Of a DNA stretch of 64,000 nt, positions 12,136-25,580 are shown in pieces. The DNA is taken from contig CM059433.1 of NCBI GenBank assembly GCA_030390025.1, positions 9,240,001 through 9,304,000 on the forward strand, in the 5' to 3' direction. This DNA is from Squalus acanthias. Taxonomy: Eukaryota. Each line of letters begins with the position of its first letter. Positions within the stretch are counted from its first letter, which is position 1. The translations under genes and the position numbers were made by a program. The notes beneath the pieces are model-generated. The model worked only from the letters and a program-made list of their open reading frames with translations, searched no databases and was not told the DNA's origin.

Positions 12136-12843
12136 CAACCAGTCTTGGTTGTTTTAATTTCTCAAAAGGTCATCGAATATTGCTCACTAACCTCGTAAAA
12201 AACAACTTGCTTTTATATAGCACCTTTAATGTAGAAAAACATCCTCAGAAGCTTTGCAGAAGCATAATCCAGCAGCAGGATGATTTTCCCGTAACTACAA
12301 AGCACTTCAAATTCTATTAATTCTCTTCATTTGATCTTTGCTACTTTATTTCCTACTTTTCACTATGGGGGAAGGAGACAGACGAGAGTGTGGGGGGTTG
12401 TGTATTGAAGAAAACATTTTCAGCCTACAAGAACTCACAAGGTGATCTTAAAAATGTGTATGCAATGGACACACTTGAAGGGGATCTTCATCTGATGCTG
12501 CCCAAACACATTTGGTATACTGTTTAACCAAAGAATGAAAGCCCAGGTCACCAGTTTGGGATACTACCTTCTCTCAAACATTCAAAAATACTCACTCAAA
12601 CCTATCTCATTACACTTTACTTAAAGCAAAATAATGCAATTCAGTTTTCAGACAGGTCAATTACTATATTAAGTCTGTGCTCAATTAAAATCTAGAACTT
12701 CACTGATCCTCCATAACTGTTATTTCCCTTAAGACCATCAGAATCATAAATAGCATGATTTTAGACTATAGAAACAGCTGAATTTTGTGATGAAAAATCA
12801 AATCATTAATTCTATACTAGTTGAAGGACAAAGTGCAGAGCGA

Positions 12844-15800
12844 ATCATAGAATCGTTACAGCACTGAAGGCGGCCATTCGAGCCCGTGCCGGCTCTCTGC
12901 AAGAGCACCTCAGCTAGTCCCACTCCTCCGTCCTTTCCCTGCAGCCCTGAAAAATTTCTCAGGTACTTATCAAACTCCCTTTTGAAAGCTGTAATTGAGT
13001 CTGCCTCCACCACCCTTTCAGGCAGTGCATTCCAGATCCTAACCACTCACTACATAAAAAAGTTTTTTCTTATGTCACCTTTGGTTCTTTTGCCAGTCAC
13101 CTTAAATCTGTGTCCTCTGGTTCTCGTCCCTTCTGCCAATGGGAACAGTTTCTCTCTATCTTCTCTGTCCAGATCCCTCGTGATTTTGAACACCTCTATC
13201 AAATCTCCTCTTAATCTTCTCTGCTCCGAGAACAACCCCAGCTTCTCCAGTCTATCCACATAACTGAAGTCCCTCAGCCCTGGAATCATTCTTGTAAATC
13301 TTTTCTGCACCCTCTCTAAGGCCTTCACATCCTTCCTAAAGTGCGGTGCCCAGAATTGGACAATACTCCAGTTGAGGCTGAACCAGTGTTTTATAAAGGT
13401 TCATCATAATTTCCACGCTTTTGTACTCTATACCACTATTCATGAAGCCCAGGATCCTGTAAGCTTTTTTAGCTGCTTTCTCAACCTGCCCTGCCACCTT
13501 CAACAATTTGTGCACATATACCCCTATGTCTCTCGGTTCATGCACCCACTTTAGGATTGTACCCTTTAGTTTATATTTCCTGTCCTCATTCTTTCTACCA
13601 AAATTTATCACTTCACACTTTTCTGCGTTAAATTTCATCTGCCTCGTGTCCGCCCATTCCACCAGGCTGTCTACGTCCTCTTGAAGTCTATCACTATCCT
13701 CCTCACTGTTCACTATACTTCCAAATTTTGATTCATCTGTAAATTTTGAAATTGTGCCCTGTACACCCAAGTCTAAATCATTAATATATATCAAGAAAAG
13801 CAGTGGTCCCAGAACCGACCCCTGGGAAACACCACTGTATACCTCCCGAAAAACAACCATTCACCATTACTCTCTGTTTCCTGTCACTTAGCCAATTTCG
13901 TATCCATTCTGCCACTGTCCCTTTTATTCCATAGGCTTCAACTTTGCTGGCAAGCCTATCATGTGGCCCTCTGTCGAACGCCTTTTGGAAGTTCATGTAC
14001 ACCACGTCAAACCGCAATGCCCCCATCAACCCTCTGTTACCTCAAAGAACTCATTCAAGTTAGTTAAACACGATTTGCCTTTAACAAGTCCGTGCTTGCT
14101 TTCCTTAATTAATCCACACTTGTCCAAGTGATTGTTAATTTTGTTGTTAATTTTGTTCCTAAAAGCTTCCCCACTACCAAGGTTAAACTGACCGGCCTAT
14201 AGTTTCTGGGTTTATCTTTATATCCTTTTTTGAACAAGGGTGTAACATTTGCAATTCTCCAGTACTCTGGCACCACCCCCATTTCCAAGAAGGATTGGAA
14301 GATTATGGCCAGTACCTCCGTGGTTTCTTCCTTCACTTCCCCCAGCATCCTAGGATGCATCACATCCGGTCCTGGTGACTTATCTACTTTAAGTACAGCC
14401 AGCCTTCTCACACCTTGTCTTTATCAATTCTTATCCCATCCAGTATCTCCTCTACCTCCTCCTTCATTATGTCTATGGCAGCATCTTCTTCCTTGGTGAA
14501 GACAGATGCAAAGTTCTCATTTAATACCTCAGCCATACCCTCTGCCTCCATGTGTAGGTCTCCTTTTTGGTCCCTAATCAGCCCCACCCCTCCTCTTACT
14601 ACCCTTTTGCTATTTATATGCCTATAAGATGACTTTTGGATTACTTTTATGGTATCTGCCATTCTATTCTCATACACTCTTTGCCCCTCTTATTTTCTTT
14701 TTCACTTCTCAACTTTCTATATTTAGCCTGATTCTCAGATGTATTCTCGACCGGACATCTATCATATGCGCTCTTTTTTGCTTCATCTTACTCTCTATCT
14801 CTTTCGTCATCCAGGGAGCTCTGACTTTAGTTGCCCTACCTTTCCCCCTAGTGGGAATGTACCTCAACTGTACCCGAACTATTTCCTCTTTAAAGGCAGC
14901 CACTACAGTTTTGCCTGCCAATCTTTGATTCCAATTTACCTGGGCCAGATCCGTTCTCATCCCACTGAAATTTGCCTTCCTCCAATTAAGTATTTTTACT
15001 CTAGATTGCTCCCTGTCCTTTTCCATAACTAGTCTAAACCTTATGATACTGTGATCACTGTTCCCTAAATGTTCACCTACTGACATTTACGCCACTTGAC
15101 CTACCTCATTCCCCAGAACCAGCAATGCCTCCTTCCTCATTGGGCCAGAAACATACTGATCAAGAAAGTTCTCCTGAACACACTTCAGAAATTCTTCCCC
15201 TTCTCTGCCCTTCACGCTATTACTATCCCAGTCTATATTAGGATAGTTGAAGTCCCCCATTATCACTACTCTATAGTTCTTGCATCTCAGTAATTTCTCT
15301 GCAAATTTGCACCTCCATATTTTTCCCCACTAGTTGGTGGTCTATAGAATACACTTAGTAGTGTAATGGCACCTCTATTGTTTCTTAACTCTAAACAAAT
15401 AGATTCTGTCCTTGACCCCTCCAGGACATCATCTCTCTCCAGCACTAGAATATTCTCCTTAACCAATACTGCCAGACCACCTCCTAGCTTTCCTTCCCTA
15501 TCTTTCCTGAACGCCTTATATCCAGGAATATTTAATACCTAATCCTACACTATTTTGAGCCAGGTCTCAGTTATTGCCACGACATCATATTCCCATATGG
15601 CTATTTGAGCCTGCAGCTCACCAACCTTGTTTACTATGCTTTGTGCGTTCACATACATACACTGTAAACCTATCTTAGACCATCCTGTGTTCTCTCTTAG
15701 TCTGACCCCACCTAATACCTTACTATTTCTTACTTTAGTGCTATCCGTCTCTCCCAATCCTTTGTGCGCTTTGTTTTTCCTTTCCAATGCTCCATCCTGG

Positions 15801-16640
15801 TGCCCATCTCCCTGCCAAATTAGTTTAAAACCTTCCCAACAGCACTAGCAAACCTCCCCATGAGGATATTGGTACTGGCTCGGTTGAGGTGCAACCCGTC
15901 CGGCCTGTACAGGTCCCACCTCCCCCAGAACCGGCCCCAATGCCGCAGGAATCTGAAGCCCTCCCTTCTGCACCATCTCTCCCCTCCTATTTCTATACTC
16001 ACGCGCACGTGACACCAGGAGTAATCCGGAGATTACTACCTTTGAGGACCTGCTTTTTAATCTCTTTCCTAGCTCCCTAAAGTCTGCCTGCAGGACCTCA
16101 TCCCTCTGGGGGAAGCTAGAACTAGGGGGCATAGTTTCAGAATAAGGGGTTGCCCATTTAAAAACGAGATGAGGAGGAATTGCTTCTCTCAGAGGGTCGT
16201 GAATCTTTGGAATTCTCTACCCCAGAGCTGTGGAAGTGGAGTCATTGAGTCATTGAATATATTTAAGGTGGAGATAGACAGATTTTTGAACAGGAGTCGA
16301 AGGTTATGGGGAGCGGGAAGGAAAGTGGAGTTGAGGCCAAGACCAGATCAGCCATGATCTTATTGAATGGCGGAGCAGGCTCGAGGGGTCAAATGGCCTA
16401 CTCCTGTTCCTATTTCTTATGTTCTACCCATGTCATTTGTACCAAAATAGACCACAAGCTCTGGCTGTTCTCCCTCCCCCCTCAGAATGTTCTGCAGCCG
16501 CTCAGTGACATCCTTGACCCTGGCACCAGGGAGGCAACATACCATCCTGGAGTCACGTCTGCGGCCGCAGAAACGCCTGTCTGCTCCCCTAGTTATCGAA
16601 TCCCCTACCACTATTGGTTTCTCCATCTTTCTCCTCCACC
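12844..16640 (-). mobile_element. Near full-length decayed CR1 LINE (ORF1 esterase, APE endonuclease, RT, 3' tail)
   Basis: ORF1 VVGDSITRG...CCLPGARVKDV; EN YVNAQSIVNK...ITETWL, SDH; RT KSPGPD, NYRPVSLT, FQKAFD, GVSQGSVLGP; many frameshifts. Confidence 0.93.
16108..16424 (+). mobile_element. CR1 3' fragment nested in opposite orientation within ORF1 of the 12.8-16.6 kb CR1
   Basis: MRRNCFSQRVVNLWNSLP and ttcttatgttct tail; host ORF1 continues on both sides. Confidence 0.85.
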
Positions 16641-17338
16641 CCCAGTGTGGTGGTGAGAGGAAGCAAATAAAATTCTGGGGGGGGGGGAGGGGGAGGAGAG
16701 GAGGAGGAGATGCGGTGGAAGGCAAAGAACCTTTTAAAAAAAGATAGGTTTCTTAGTATAAACAATAGTGATGAATAAAATTTACTGTAACTAGATTTCT
16801 TGATAAACTTGCAGTTATATCACAATTGTTAATATTGCTATGCACATCATGGAGCCCAGGAGTCAACTTCATACTACAGTAGTAGCATTAAAATTATACC
16901 TAATTAAACTCCTATGTAAAAATACCAGGGCAGGATTTCAAGAATGCTTATGATATTTATGAACCACTCAAGATTTTCTTAACCAAATCTTGGATTGGGC
17001 TGCCCCAAAAAACACATTTCAATTACAGATCAGGCTTTAAAGAACAGAAAAGTCTTCCTTATCCACTCAGCACTACTGATTTTAAGTTTAAATGGGCTAA
17101 TTTTCACATTATACATGAAGTCAGAAGAAGAATAAAAAATGAAATAACATCTTGGTTTATCTAGTTCATGGTTTTAACCACTTGAGGTCACCATTACACT
17201 CTTCTAGCCCTGGAGACTTAACTATTAAAAATGCATTTATAAGCCATTCCATTAATAAAAAAAATGCAGTCACTTAATTAAAACATTCACAAAAAAGTCA
17301 ATGCTTCCAAGTCAGTCAAAAGCATTTGAAATGCTCAC

Positions 17339-17531
17339 CAAGATTCCAAGCAAAATAGTATTTTGGCCTGGCAGCCAACAATGAAATATATAGGTAGAAC
17401 ACGCGACTAGTTAAGGACGCTGTAGTCACAAAGGTTTCGTCAATATTGTATGCGACTGGGAACACCTTAGTGACTGTGAGATGAAATGACAAAGAAATCC
17501 CACAAACAAGGAGCTTGCACAGTACAGCTGT
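17339..17531 (-). CDS. MBOAT2: MBOAT2 exon (approx. exon 8), 193 bp
   Basis: tttcag|ACA acceptor, G|gtgag donor; TAVLCKLLVCGISLSFHLTVTKVFPVAYNIDETFVTTASLTSRVFYLYISLLAARPKYYFAWNL. Confidence 0.96.
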
Positions 17532-19010
17532 CTGAAAGAAAACACAGAAGGAAAAACATTAATAAATTATTTTATAAAATAAAACATTAATATCTTCAGG
17601 TTTTCAGAAAATCTTTCTGGCACAGTTGCTCATCATTACTGGAATTCATGCTATAGTTTGTTCCGTTTAATCCAAAGTTGCTTACTTCAAAAACATTTAA
17701 TAATTCAAATCTTTTAAAGCACTAAATTCCCACTTTGCTGTTTTACTTGTGTTGCTTAATTCAAATTATTGGACAATTCAAACTTAGTGCAAGAAATGAC
17801 TGAATAATGAGTAGATTGCAGTCACATCAACCAATTAATTGCTCTTCAGACTAGAAACACAATTTTCAAAACCGCAGAGATAAAAGAAAAAAAACTGCAA
17901 ATGCTGGCAATCAAAGATATTTACAGTATTTTCTTTTTATTTCAAAACAGAAAGGATACTTGCCAGAATTTGCCTTCCTTGAGTTGCTCTTTTGAAAAGA
18001 TTTTTATGGGTGTTCTATTTGCTGTCTTCCTTGCTGCAAAACTCTCTTGCACACACTCAACCAAAAGAGAATAGGGAAGACTTATTTTTTAAGAGTAGAT
18101 TACTCTGCAGCTCCTGATCTTTTCTATATTGCTGCTTTCTGCTCAAAATAATTATTTTATTCCCTTCTGAAATTTCTGCAGTCTCCTTTTCTTAGCTGCC
18201 ATTGTCCAATGGACTGCTTGTGAATTCTTGTCGCAATAAAACAACTTGCATAGATCACATTCATATATAGTCAAGCCAACAGATATAATAAAACTACTCC
18301 GCGCAGCAGCACATGAAATTTACTGCCATTTTAGTCACTTCCATGATCAAAAATAAATCAATTAATCTGAAAGTAGTAGAAAAGTTATTTTTCATTACGA
18401 TGACCTCCAATTGTTCCCTCCCCCTTAAGGTTCCAGCATGTATTAGTCAGTTATCTCATGACCAACTAAAGACTATCCTCCTTGGTTCTTGGGGGTTGGA
18501 AAAGAGGCGAATCAGCTGGTCATTCAAGTGGCTCCAATTTTAAATGCCTGGCAATTTAAGTTTCAAAGTAACCCATTTGTGGTAGACTCTTCAATCTGAA
18601 CCAGTCAGGTCCACAGCGGAGAGGCTTACAAAATTGTCACAAACCTTTGGTAATAAGGGGACTAGTGTTAGCAGAGAAAATTGGTGTGGGGGCAAAACAA
18701 ATTGGCGTAATGATAGAGATCTTAGAGAGGCTTTATTGGATGCAACAGTTTCACGCAACATGGAACAATTATCTATCTGCAACTTTATAGCAGGTTTCCA
18801 TGCTTGCTTGGCACATGGTTTCCCTGGAGCTAGGTAAGCTATACATCGGTGTCTAAAGGGTATCCAAGGAAGAATTCATTTATAGCAAATTCAATCATGT
18901 GATTTAAAATAAATTCTCTAAAATGTCAACTAGATTTACCAATTTGCTGCTTTTCAAAATAGTGAAATTCCAAGGTGAAACAAGGGTACCATTTTTAAAA
19001 AAAAACTTAC

Positions 19011-19194
19011 CACAGGTGAAGGTTCACTTTTTCCACATTGTCCATTTCCTTTTCCATTTACTTCAGCACATTTCATGTGCAATGTCCTGCCTTCAATGAA
19101 AGCAATATAGTCCTTGTATGTGTATAATGGCCCCGCCAGGATACCCATGAAATTACAGATGTAGCTTAAATATTCCAATAGACTTGGCATGGTT
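19011..19194 (-). CDS. MBOAT2: MBOAT2 exon (approx. exon 7), 184 bp
   Basis: ttccag|A acceptor, GTG|gtaag donor; TMPSLLEYLSYICNFMGILAGPLYTYKDYIAFIEGR...SEPSPV (NFMGILAGP is MBOAT2-type rather than MBOAT1-type). Confidence 0.96.
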
Positions 19195-20943
19195 CTGGAA
19201 TTCAAATCATAAAAAAAGCACTTAATTTCAGTGAGCATACCCCTTTAGTTATCACTACACAATACTTTCAACAACTTTGGCGTAAAGAGACCTAATATTT
19301 TCTTGAAGCTGTGGATTTAAAAAAAAACTGTCCTTAAAATAAAAACTAGAAGCACGCAGAGTAAAAAAAAGTCAAGTACGAAACAACTGACCGTTAAGAA
19401 TCTCAGTGAAAAAAATGTATAAAGGATACAAGAGCTGCACCTTTACATTAAAAATTTCAGAAATTTTCATGTCTAACTTTAACCTCCTATTTTTTCTGCC
19501 ACATCACACTGAGGTATAGTTAGTACACACAGAGACTTCAGTCTGAAACCTTGCATCTTGGATTTTCAAAACAATCAAACATTTTCAGCACCTACAAACT
19601 GGGGAGATTAAGGCAATAGGAATTAAAAAAATTAAAATTTCTCCTGCTTTTAAAAAAGACAAAAATTATACATTAAAATAGGAAATGTGCAATGCTTTAT
19701 ATAATTCTACAAAAATGAGATAAGTACACAATCGGAGTGGGATTAATTTAATCTTCCTCCAGCAGCACACAGTATTTTGCTGTTATTTGGGATCTCAGGC
19801 CCAGGGAAAGCAGTGGTAGGGGAAGGAAGGAAAATGTTCAGCCCACACTGCAAACATTAAGATTCGTTGATCTTGCCTCAAATCTACTAAGCACAAATTA
19901 TTAAATTTCTAGGCATACTAGTCCAAACAAATTCATTCTATCTACATCACTTCGAACTTTACCTCCATAACTTCATCTCAAACCAATGAATTCCCATAGC
20001 GACAACCTCTCTTCCCTCTATAACCATGACTTAGTAGCTGGCATGAAAGCCCACTAGATTTTGGGACTATTTTTGAAACTGGGTATTTTGTCTTCAAAAA
20101 AAAAAATCTCCTATACACTTTACTGACTCCCTGCATTCTCACTGTATTGACATTAAGATTCATTGTACAATCTGCTGGCCCAACTCTTTCTTTCCCAGGG
20201 CCTCAACAGTGAAACTCTAATTCTCTTAGGCAGTCCTTTCTCATAAAATCAAACTCTCAAAACTCAGGCACAATCTCTTGAGATACCTATTCCTCTTTCT
20301 TACTCTTAAGAATCATATTCCTTAATTAATAAATAATGCACCAGATGTTAGCCTGTTTTTCAGGACGGTTTGTTTACAGCATCTTATTTCTGGCTCTGCT
20401 TGTGTTTACCCCCATTTTGAAAATTGCAATCCTGGATCATTGGACAGCTGTCAGCTGCTACTCAATTGCCATGTTATCCATCAATAAAAGGAGCAGCACT
20501 GGAAACAGAGCTTCCCAAATATGCAGGCTGGTGAAATTCAAACAGGAAAATCAGCAGAACTAGAAACAAGAGCAGAGACACAAAGCCACCTGCTGTTCCT
20601 TTTAATCAAAAATTCATGATCCTCCTGCTCAACACCAATTCAATTTCAAGGAAACAGTGGCCAATATCAGAGCACAGGCCAATATTAAATTCTTGGACTT
20701 TCCCAACATTAGAAATTGATATTTTAGATTTACAAACAGGTGCAGATCCACAACAGAATGCCCAATCTTGAAATAAAGTTAGAAGACTGAGCAGCTAAAC
20801 ATTGATTTCTGAATTCTCTGCTGCAGAAATAAATAAATATGGATTGCACTGTAGTAAGCAGGCAGTGCTCAGCATTTAGCAGGTAAAGTCAAGCCTCCCA
20901 ATATGGGTCTGGCTTGGAATTCGCTGGACAGAAAATGTAATGA

Positions 20944-21082
20944 AAATGTTCTGACGAAGGGTCATCGACCTGAAACGTTAACTCTGTTTCTCTCTCCACA
21001 GATGCTGCCTGACCTGCTGAGTATTTCCAGCATTTTCTGTTTTTATTTCAGATTTCCAGCATCTGCAGTATTTTGCTTTTGT
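20944..21082 (+). mobile_element. Short Penelope-derived insertion beginning at a hammerhead motif
   Basis: 14-bp TSD agaaaatgtaatga at 20930-20943 and 21083-21096; body matches the 3' end of the Penelope at 55851-55952. Confidence 0.85.
20948..20983 (+). ncRNA. Minimal type I hammerhead ribozyme motif (family 1), intact core
   Basis: GUU-CUGACGA-A-GGGUC-auc-GACCU-GAA-ACGU-U-AAC: stem I GUU/AAC, stem II GGGUC/GACCU, palindromic stem III ACGU, predicted GUU cleavage triplet. Confidence 0.75.
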
Positions 21083-22079
21083 AGAAAATGTAATGAGATT
21101 GCTTGGAAGTGGGTGTGTGAGACTTCACATAATAAAAGTACTTTTTAAAAAATACTTCTCCGAGTAAGTTATCAGAGCTTGTTTTAAAGTTACGCACCAG
21201 AATAAAAACTATAATAGGTGCACACCCAAAAAAACTTTCAGCAGCAACCTTGCTACCTCCCAGCTTGTAGCCCCAACTCCATTTTGAACACATACTTGCA
21301 AATTATAAAATTTTAATCTGACCCATTCCCTTCCGTTTATTGGCTCAAAAGCAGACAATATAAATGACACCAAGCTTATTTCACCGGCAGCTCCCAACCC
21401 CACCACCTCTACAATCAAGGGAGAAGAAGAATAGCAAGATCATAGGAACACCATCAAGTCACACTCCATCTTGCATTGGACATTTATTGCCATTTCTTTC
21501 ATAGTTGTAGGTCAAAATCCTGAAATTCTCAGTACCTTCCTGACATCAGCAGCACAAGGACTGCAGCCAATACCACTTCGGGGCAACTAGGGATGGGCAA
21601 TAAATGTGGCCTTGCCAGCATCACTCACATCCAAAGAACAAACAGGAGAGGGCGGTGGGACAACAGCTTTGCTTCAATATAATTACATGGAGCTCTGAAA
21701 ATTCCTTCAAGAACTATTTTTCATTTTTAATTAGTAGTTGCTCCTTTGGATTTTTATTAAGATTTGTTTACAATGAAGCTGTAATCACTAGTATCTGACT
21801 GAAGGAAATGAAGTGATTCACGAACACAGGAATATAGACCAGTTTGCAGTATTGATGCACCCAAAAGAGGGGAAAAGACAAGTGAACTTTTTAATTAAAA
21901 TGACCTTAATGCAGCACTCGAGACAACTCCACATCATACGCCAGTGGTAAAAGTTTAAATAGACGTCCCTACGCTGGGAAAATTCTTTTAAACAGGTCAA
22001 GTTCACAAAGCATTCAGGAATACCCTGCAGAAACACTGCTGAGAATTGATATTGTTGGCAATTGGGTGGCTTCTCATGA

Positions 22080-24120
22080 ATAAGAACATAAGAAATAGGA
22101 GCAGGCCATTCGGCCCTTCGAGCCTGCTCCGCCATTCAATGAGATCATGGCTGATCTTCTGCCTCAACTCCATTCACCGGCCCTATCGCCATATCCCTTG
22201 ATGCCCTTACTAGTCAGAAATCTATCGACTTCTGTTTTGCATATACCCAACGACTGAGCCTCCACAGCCCTCTGGGGTAGAGAATTCCAAAGATTCACCA
22301 CCATCTCATCTCAGTCCTGAATGGCCTACCCTTTATCCTGAGGCTGTGGCTCCTGGTTCTAGACTCCCCAGCCAAGGGAGACATTCTCCCAGCATCCATC
22401 CTATCAAGCCCTGTAATAATTTTGTATGCTTCAATGAGATCCCCTCTCATTCTTCTGAATTCAAGAGAATACAGGCCTAGTTTACTCAATCTCTTCTCAT
22501 ACGACAGTCCCGCCATCCCAGGAATCAAACTCATGTACCTAAGTTGCACTCCCTCTATGGCAAGTACATCCTTCCTTAGGTAAGGAGACCAAAATTGTAC
22601 ACAGTACTCCTGGTGTGGTCTCACCAAGGCCCTATATAATTGGAGTAAGACTTCTTTACTCCTGTACTCAAATCCTCTTGTAATGAAGGCCAGCATACCA
22701 TTTGCCTTCCTAATGGCTTGCTGCACCTGCACATTCACTTTCAGTGGCTCATGTACAAGGACACCCAGGTCCCTTTGAGCATCTGCATTCCCCAATCTTT
22801 CACCATTTAGGAAATACTCTGCCTTTCTGTTTTTTCTACCAAAGTGGATAACTTCACATTTATCCACATTATATTCCATCTGCCATGTTCTCGCCCACTC
22901 ACTGAGCCTGTCGAGATCCCCTTGAAGCCTCTTCACATCCTCTTCACATCCTCTTCACAACTGACACTGCCACCTAGCTTTGTATCAGCAGCAAATTTGG
23001 AAATGTTACATTTAGTCCCCTCATCCAAATCATTGATATAGATTGTGAATAGCTGGGGCCCAAGCACCGATCCTTGCGGTTCCCCACTAGTCACAGCCTG
23101 CCATCCTGAAAAAGACTCGTTTATCCCTACTCTTTGTTTTCTGTCTGTTAACCAATTCTCAATCCATGCTAGTATATTACCCCCAATTCCATGTGCCTTA
23201 ATTTTGTTCACCAACCTCGTGTGGGACCTTATCGAAGGCCTTCTGAAAATCCAAATACACATCTACCGGTTCCCCTTTGTCTACTCCACTAGTTACATCC
23301 TCAAAGAACTCCAAGAGGTTTGTTAAACAGGATTTCCCTTTCATAAATCCATGCTGACTGTGCCCAATCTTATTAGTTTCTAAGTGCCCAGTTATTGCAT
23401 CCTTTATAATAGATTCCAGCATTTTCCCCAACTACTGATGTGAGGCTAACAGGTCTGTAGTTCCCCGTTTTCTCTCTCCCTCCTTTCTTAAATAGCAGGG
23501 TTACATTTGCTATCCTCCAATCTGCAGGAACCGTTCCAGCATCTATAGAATTTTGGAAGATGACAATCAATGCGTCCACTATCCCAATGGCCACCTCTTT
23601 GAAAACCCTAGGATGTCGGTCATCCGGTCCTTGGGATTTATCAACTTTTAGTCACATTAATTTTGCTAGTACTGTTTTTTTACTAATAATTTCTTAAGCT
23701 CCTCATTCTCACCACACCCTTGGTTTTCTCGTATTTCTAGGAGGTTTTCTGTGTCTTCCTCCGTGAAGACAAAAAGTATTTATTTAATTTCCCTGCCATT
23801 TCCTCATTCCCCATTATAAATTCTCCCGTCTGACTGTAAAGGACCTACATTTACCTTCGCCAGTCTTTTCCTTTTCACATACCTATAGAAGCTTTTACAA
23901 TCCGTTTTTATATTTTTCGCTAGTTTGTGCTCATATTCCATTTTCCCTTTATCAATTTCTTAGTTCCCCCTTTGCGGATTTCTAAAGATCCCAATCCTCA
24001 GGCTGACCGCTTTTTCTGGCAACTTTATAAGCTTCCTCCTTTGACATAATACTAGCTTTAATTTCTTTTGTTAGCCATGGTTGGATCACTTTTCCTTTTG
24101 GGTTTTTATGCCCTAGAGGA
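22080..24120 (-). mobile_element. CR1 LINE, 5'-truncated ORF2 (RT) plus 3' tail
   Basis: GNYRPVSLT, QHGF..GKSCLTNL, YLDFQKAFDKVPH, PQGSVLGP, FAADTK, YCVQFWSP. Confidence 0.95.
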
Positions 24121-25120
24121 ATTAAATGCTGCAAAGTTGACTTCAGTGTTTTGATAAACTAATTCAAAGCTAATCAAGAAAGAGATTTTCTTAAACTCAT
24201 TATAAAAGTGATCACTTGAGGCTTTTAAAAAAAAAATTCTCTCTCCTCTCCACCTACTCATTTAATTTCCTATTTTCTATTATATACAATTCCAGGCTAC
24301 GAACAGATCAACACTCAGCAGCCAACTCTTGCAATTTCATGCATCTTTGAATCACTCATTGGAGAGAGAAAATGAAAGGAGGTACTAGTGAAGTGGCTCT
24401 ATTAAAAAGTACAATTCCAGTGAAAAGATATAGAAAACCAAAAATCCCACAGCTTGGTTGGTTGTATGTATGGAAGGAGATAGAGAAAAAGAAAAAATGT
24501 TAAGGAAAGAGATAAAAGTACTGTACTACTATCTTTACACTGCTCTGAAGGTATTGACCATTTTTCCAGTGATGCAAACTTACTTGCATCTTTATGACTG
24601 TGAAGCAGAACTCCACATATGTATACTTAAATGCACACACAGAACACGACACACTTGTCTCCCACTGCCAGTTCTTCCTAGGTGCCTCAACTCTGTCCTT
24701 TCTATAATAATTGAAGAAAATCAATGACTTGGGCAGCTGCAGGACGGCGAATTCATTTTAAAGCACGGACTTTCATCCTCTATTTGTCTGATCAAATCCA
24801 AATTTCAAAGGCTGGAAAGAGGCTATAAGGAAGCTTAAGTAAACAAGGCTAGCTGGCCCAGGCTTGGTCAGGGCAGACTACCAACTGCACGATACCAGTG
24901 CCCTTCTCCTTTCACTGCATTGTTTTCACATGAGTCACCGTTGATTCATAGTGCACCACATCAGAAAATACAGGCCAAATATAACTTACAGAACGGGTTG
25001 TACAAAATTTGTCTAGATGTTGCAACACACAGTAATTATTCTGGGATAAGAAATCATACACATTTAAAAATTTAAATTAACCGTAGCTGCCCAAGCATGG
25101 CGTTACTTTTAACAACTTAC

Positions 25121-25175
25121 CGAACAGCTAAGGATTTTTGGACTGGAGTCAGATGTTCTTCTTTTCGCGCCATAC
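25121..25175 (-). CDS. MBOAT2: MBOAT2 exon (approx. exon 6), 55 bp
   Basis: tttag|GT acceptor, CG|gtaag donor; GMARKEEHLTPVQKSLAVR; phases fit. Confidence 0.93.
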
Positions 25176-25276
25176 CTAAAATAAACATATATATACACAA
25201 GTTACAAAAAAAAACATCAACACTTGTGCACATTATAAATGGTGGTGGGATCACGCTGGAGGTGGGGAAAGGGTGA

Positions 25277-25580
25277 GCAATGTGATAATGACCAGATAAT
25301 CTGTTTTAGTGATGTTGGTCGTGGGATAAATATTGGTCACAACAGCAGGGTGAACTCCCTGCTCTTCTTCAAATAGTGCCATGTTCACATCCACCTGAGG
25401 GGGTAGACAGGGCCTTTGTTGAACATCTCATCCAAATGACGACACCTCCGACAGTGCTGCACACTCTCACAGCACTGCACTGGGGTGTCAGCCGAGATTT
25501 TGTGCTCGAGTCTCGGGGCTTGAACCCACAACTAACTGACTCAAAGGCGAGTGCGCTACCCATTGAGCCACAGCAGACAT
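25277..25580 (-). mobile_element. tRNA-derived SINE (DeuSINE/SacSINE1-like)
   Basis: Minus-strand A box tggctcaatgg, B box ggttcaagccc; body shared with the copies at 43.8, 46.2 and 57.1 kb. Confidence 0.8.

Noticed and set aside
18954..19238. ORF-track 94-aa protein as a standalone gene
   Set aside because: It is MBOAT2 exon 7 read through into flanking intron; the same applies to 4471-4737 and 47415-47708.
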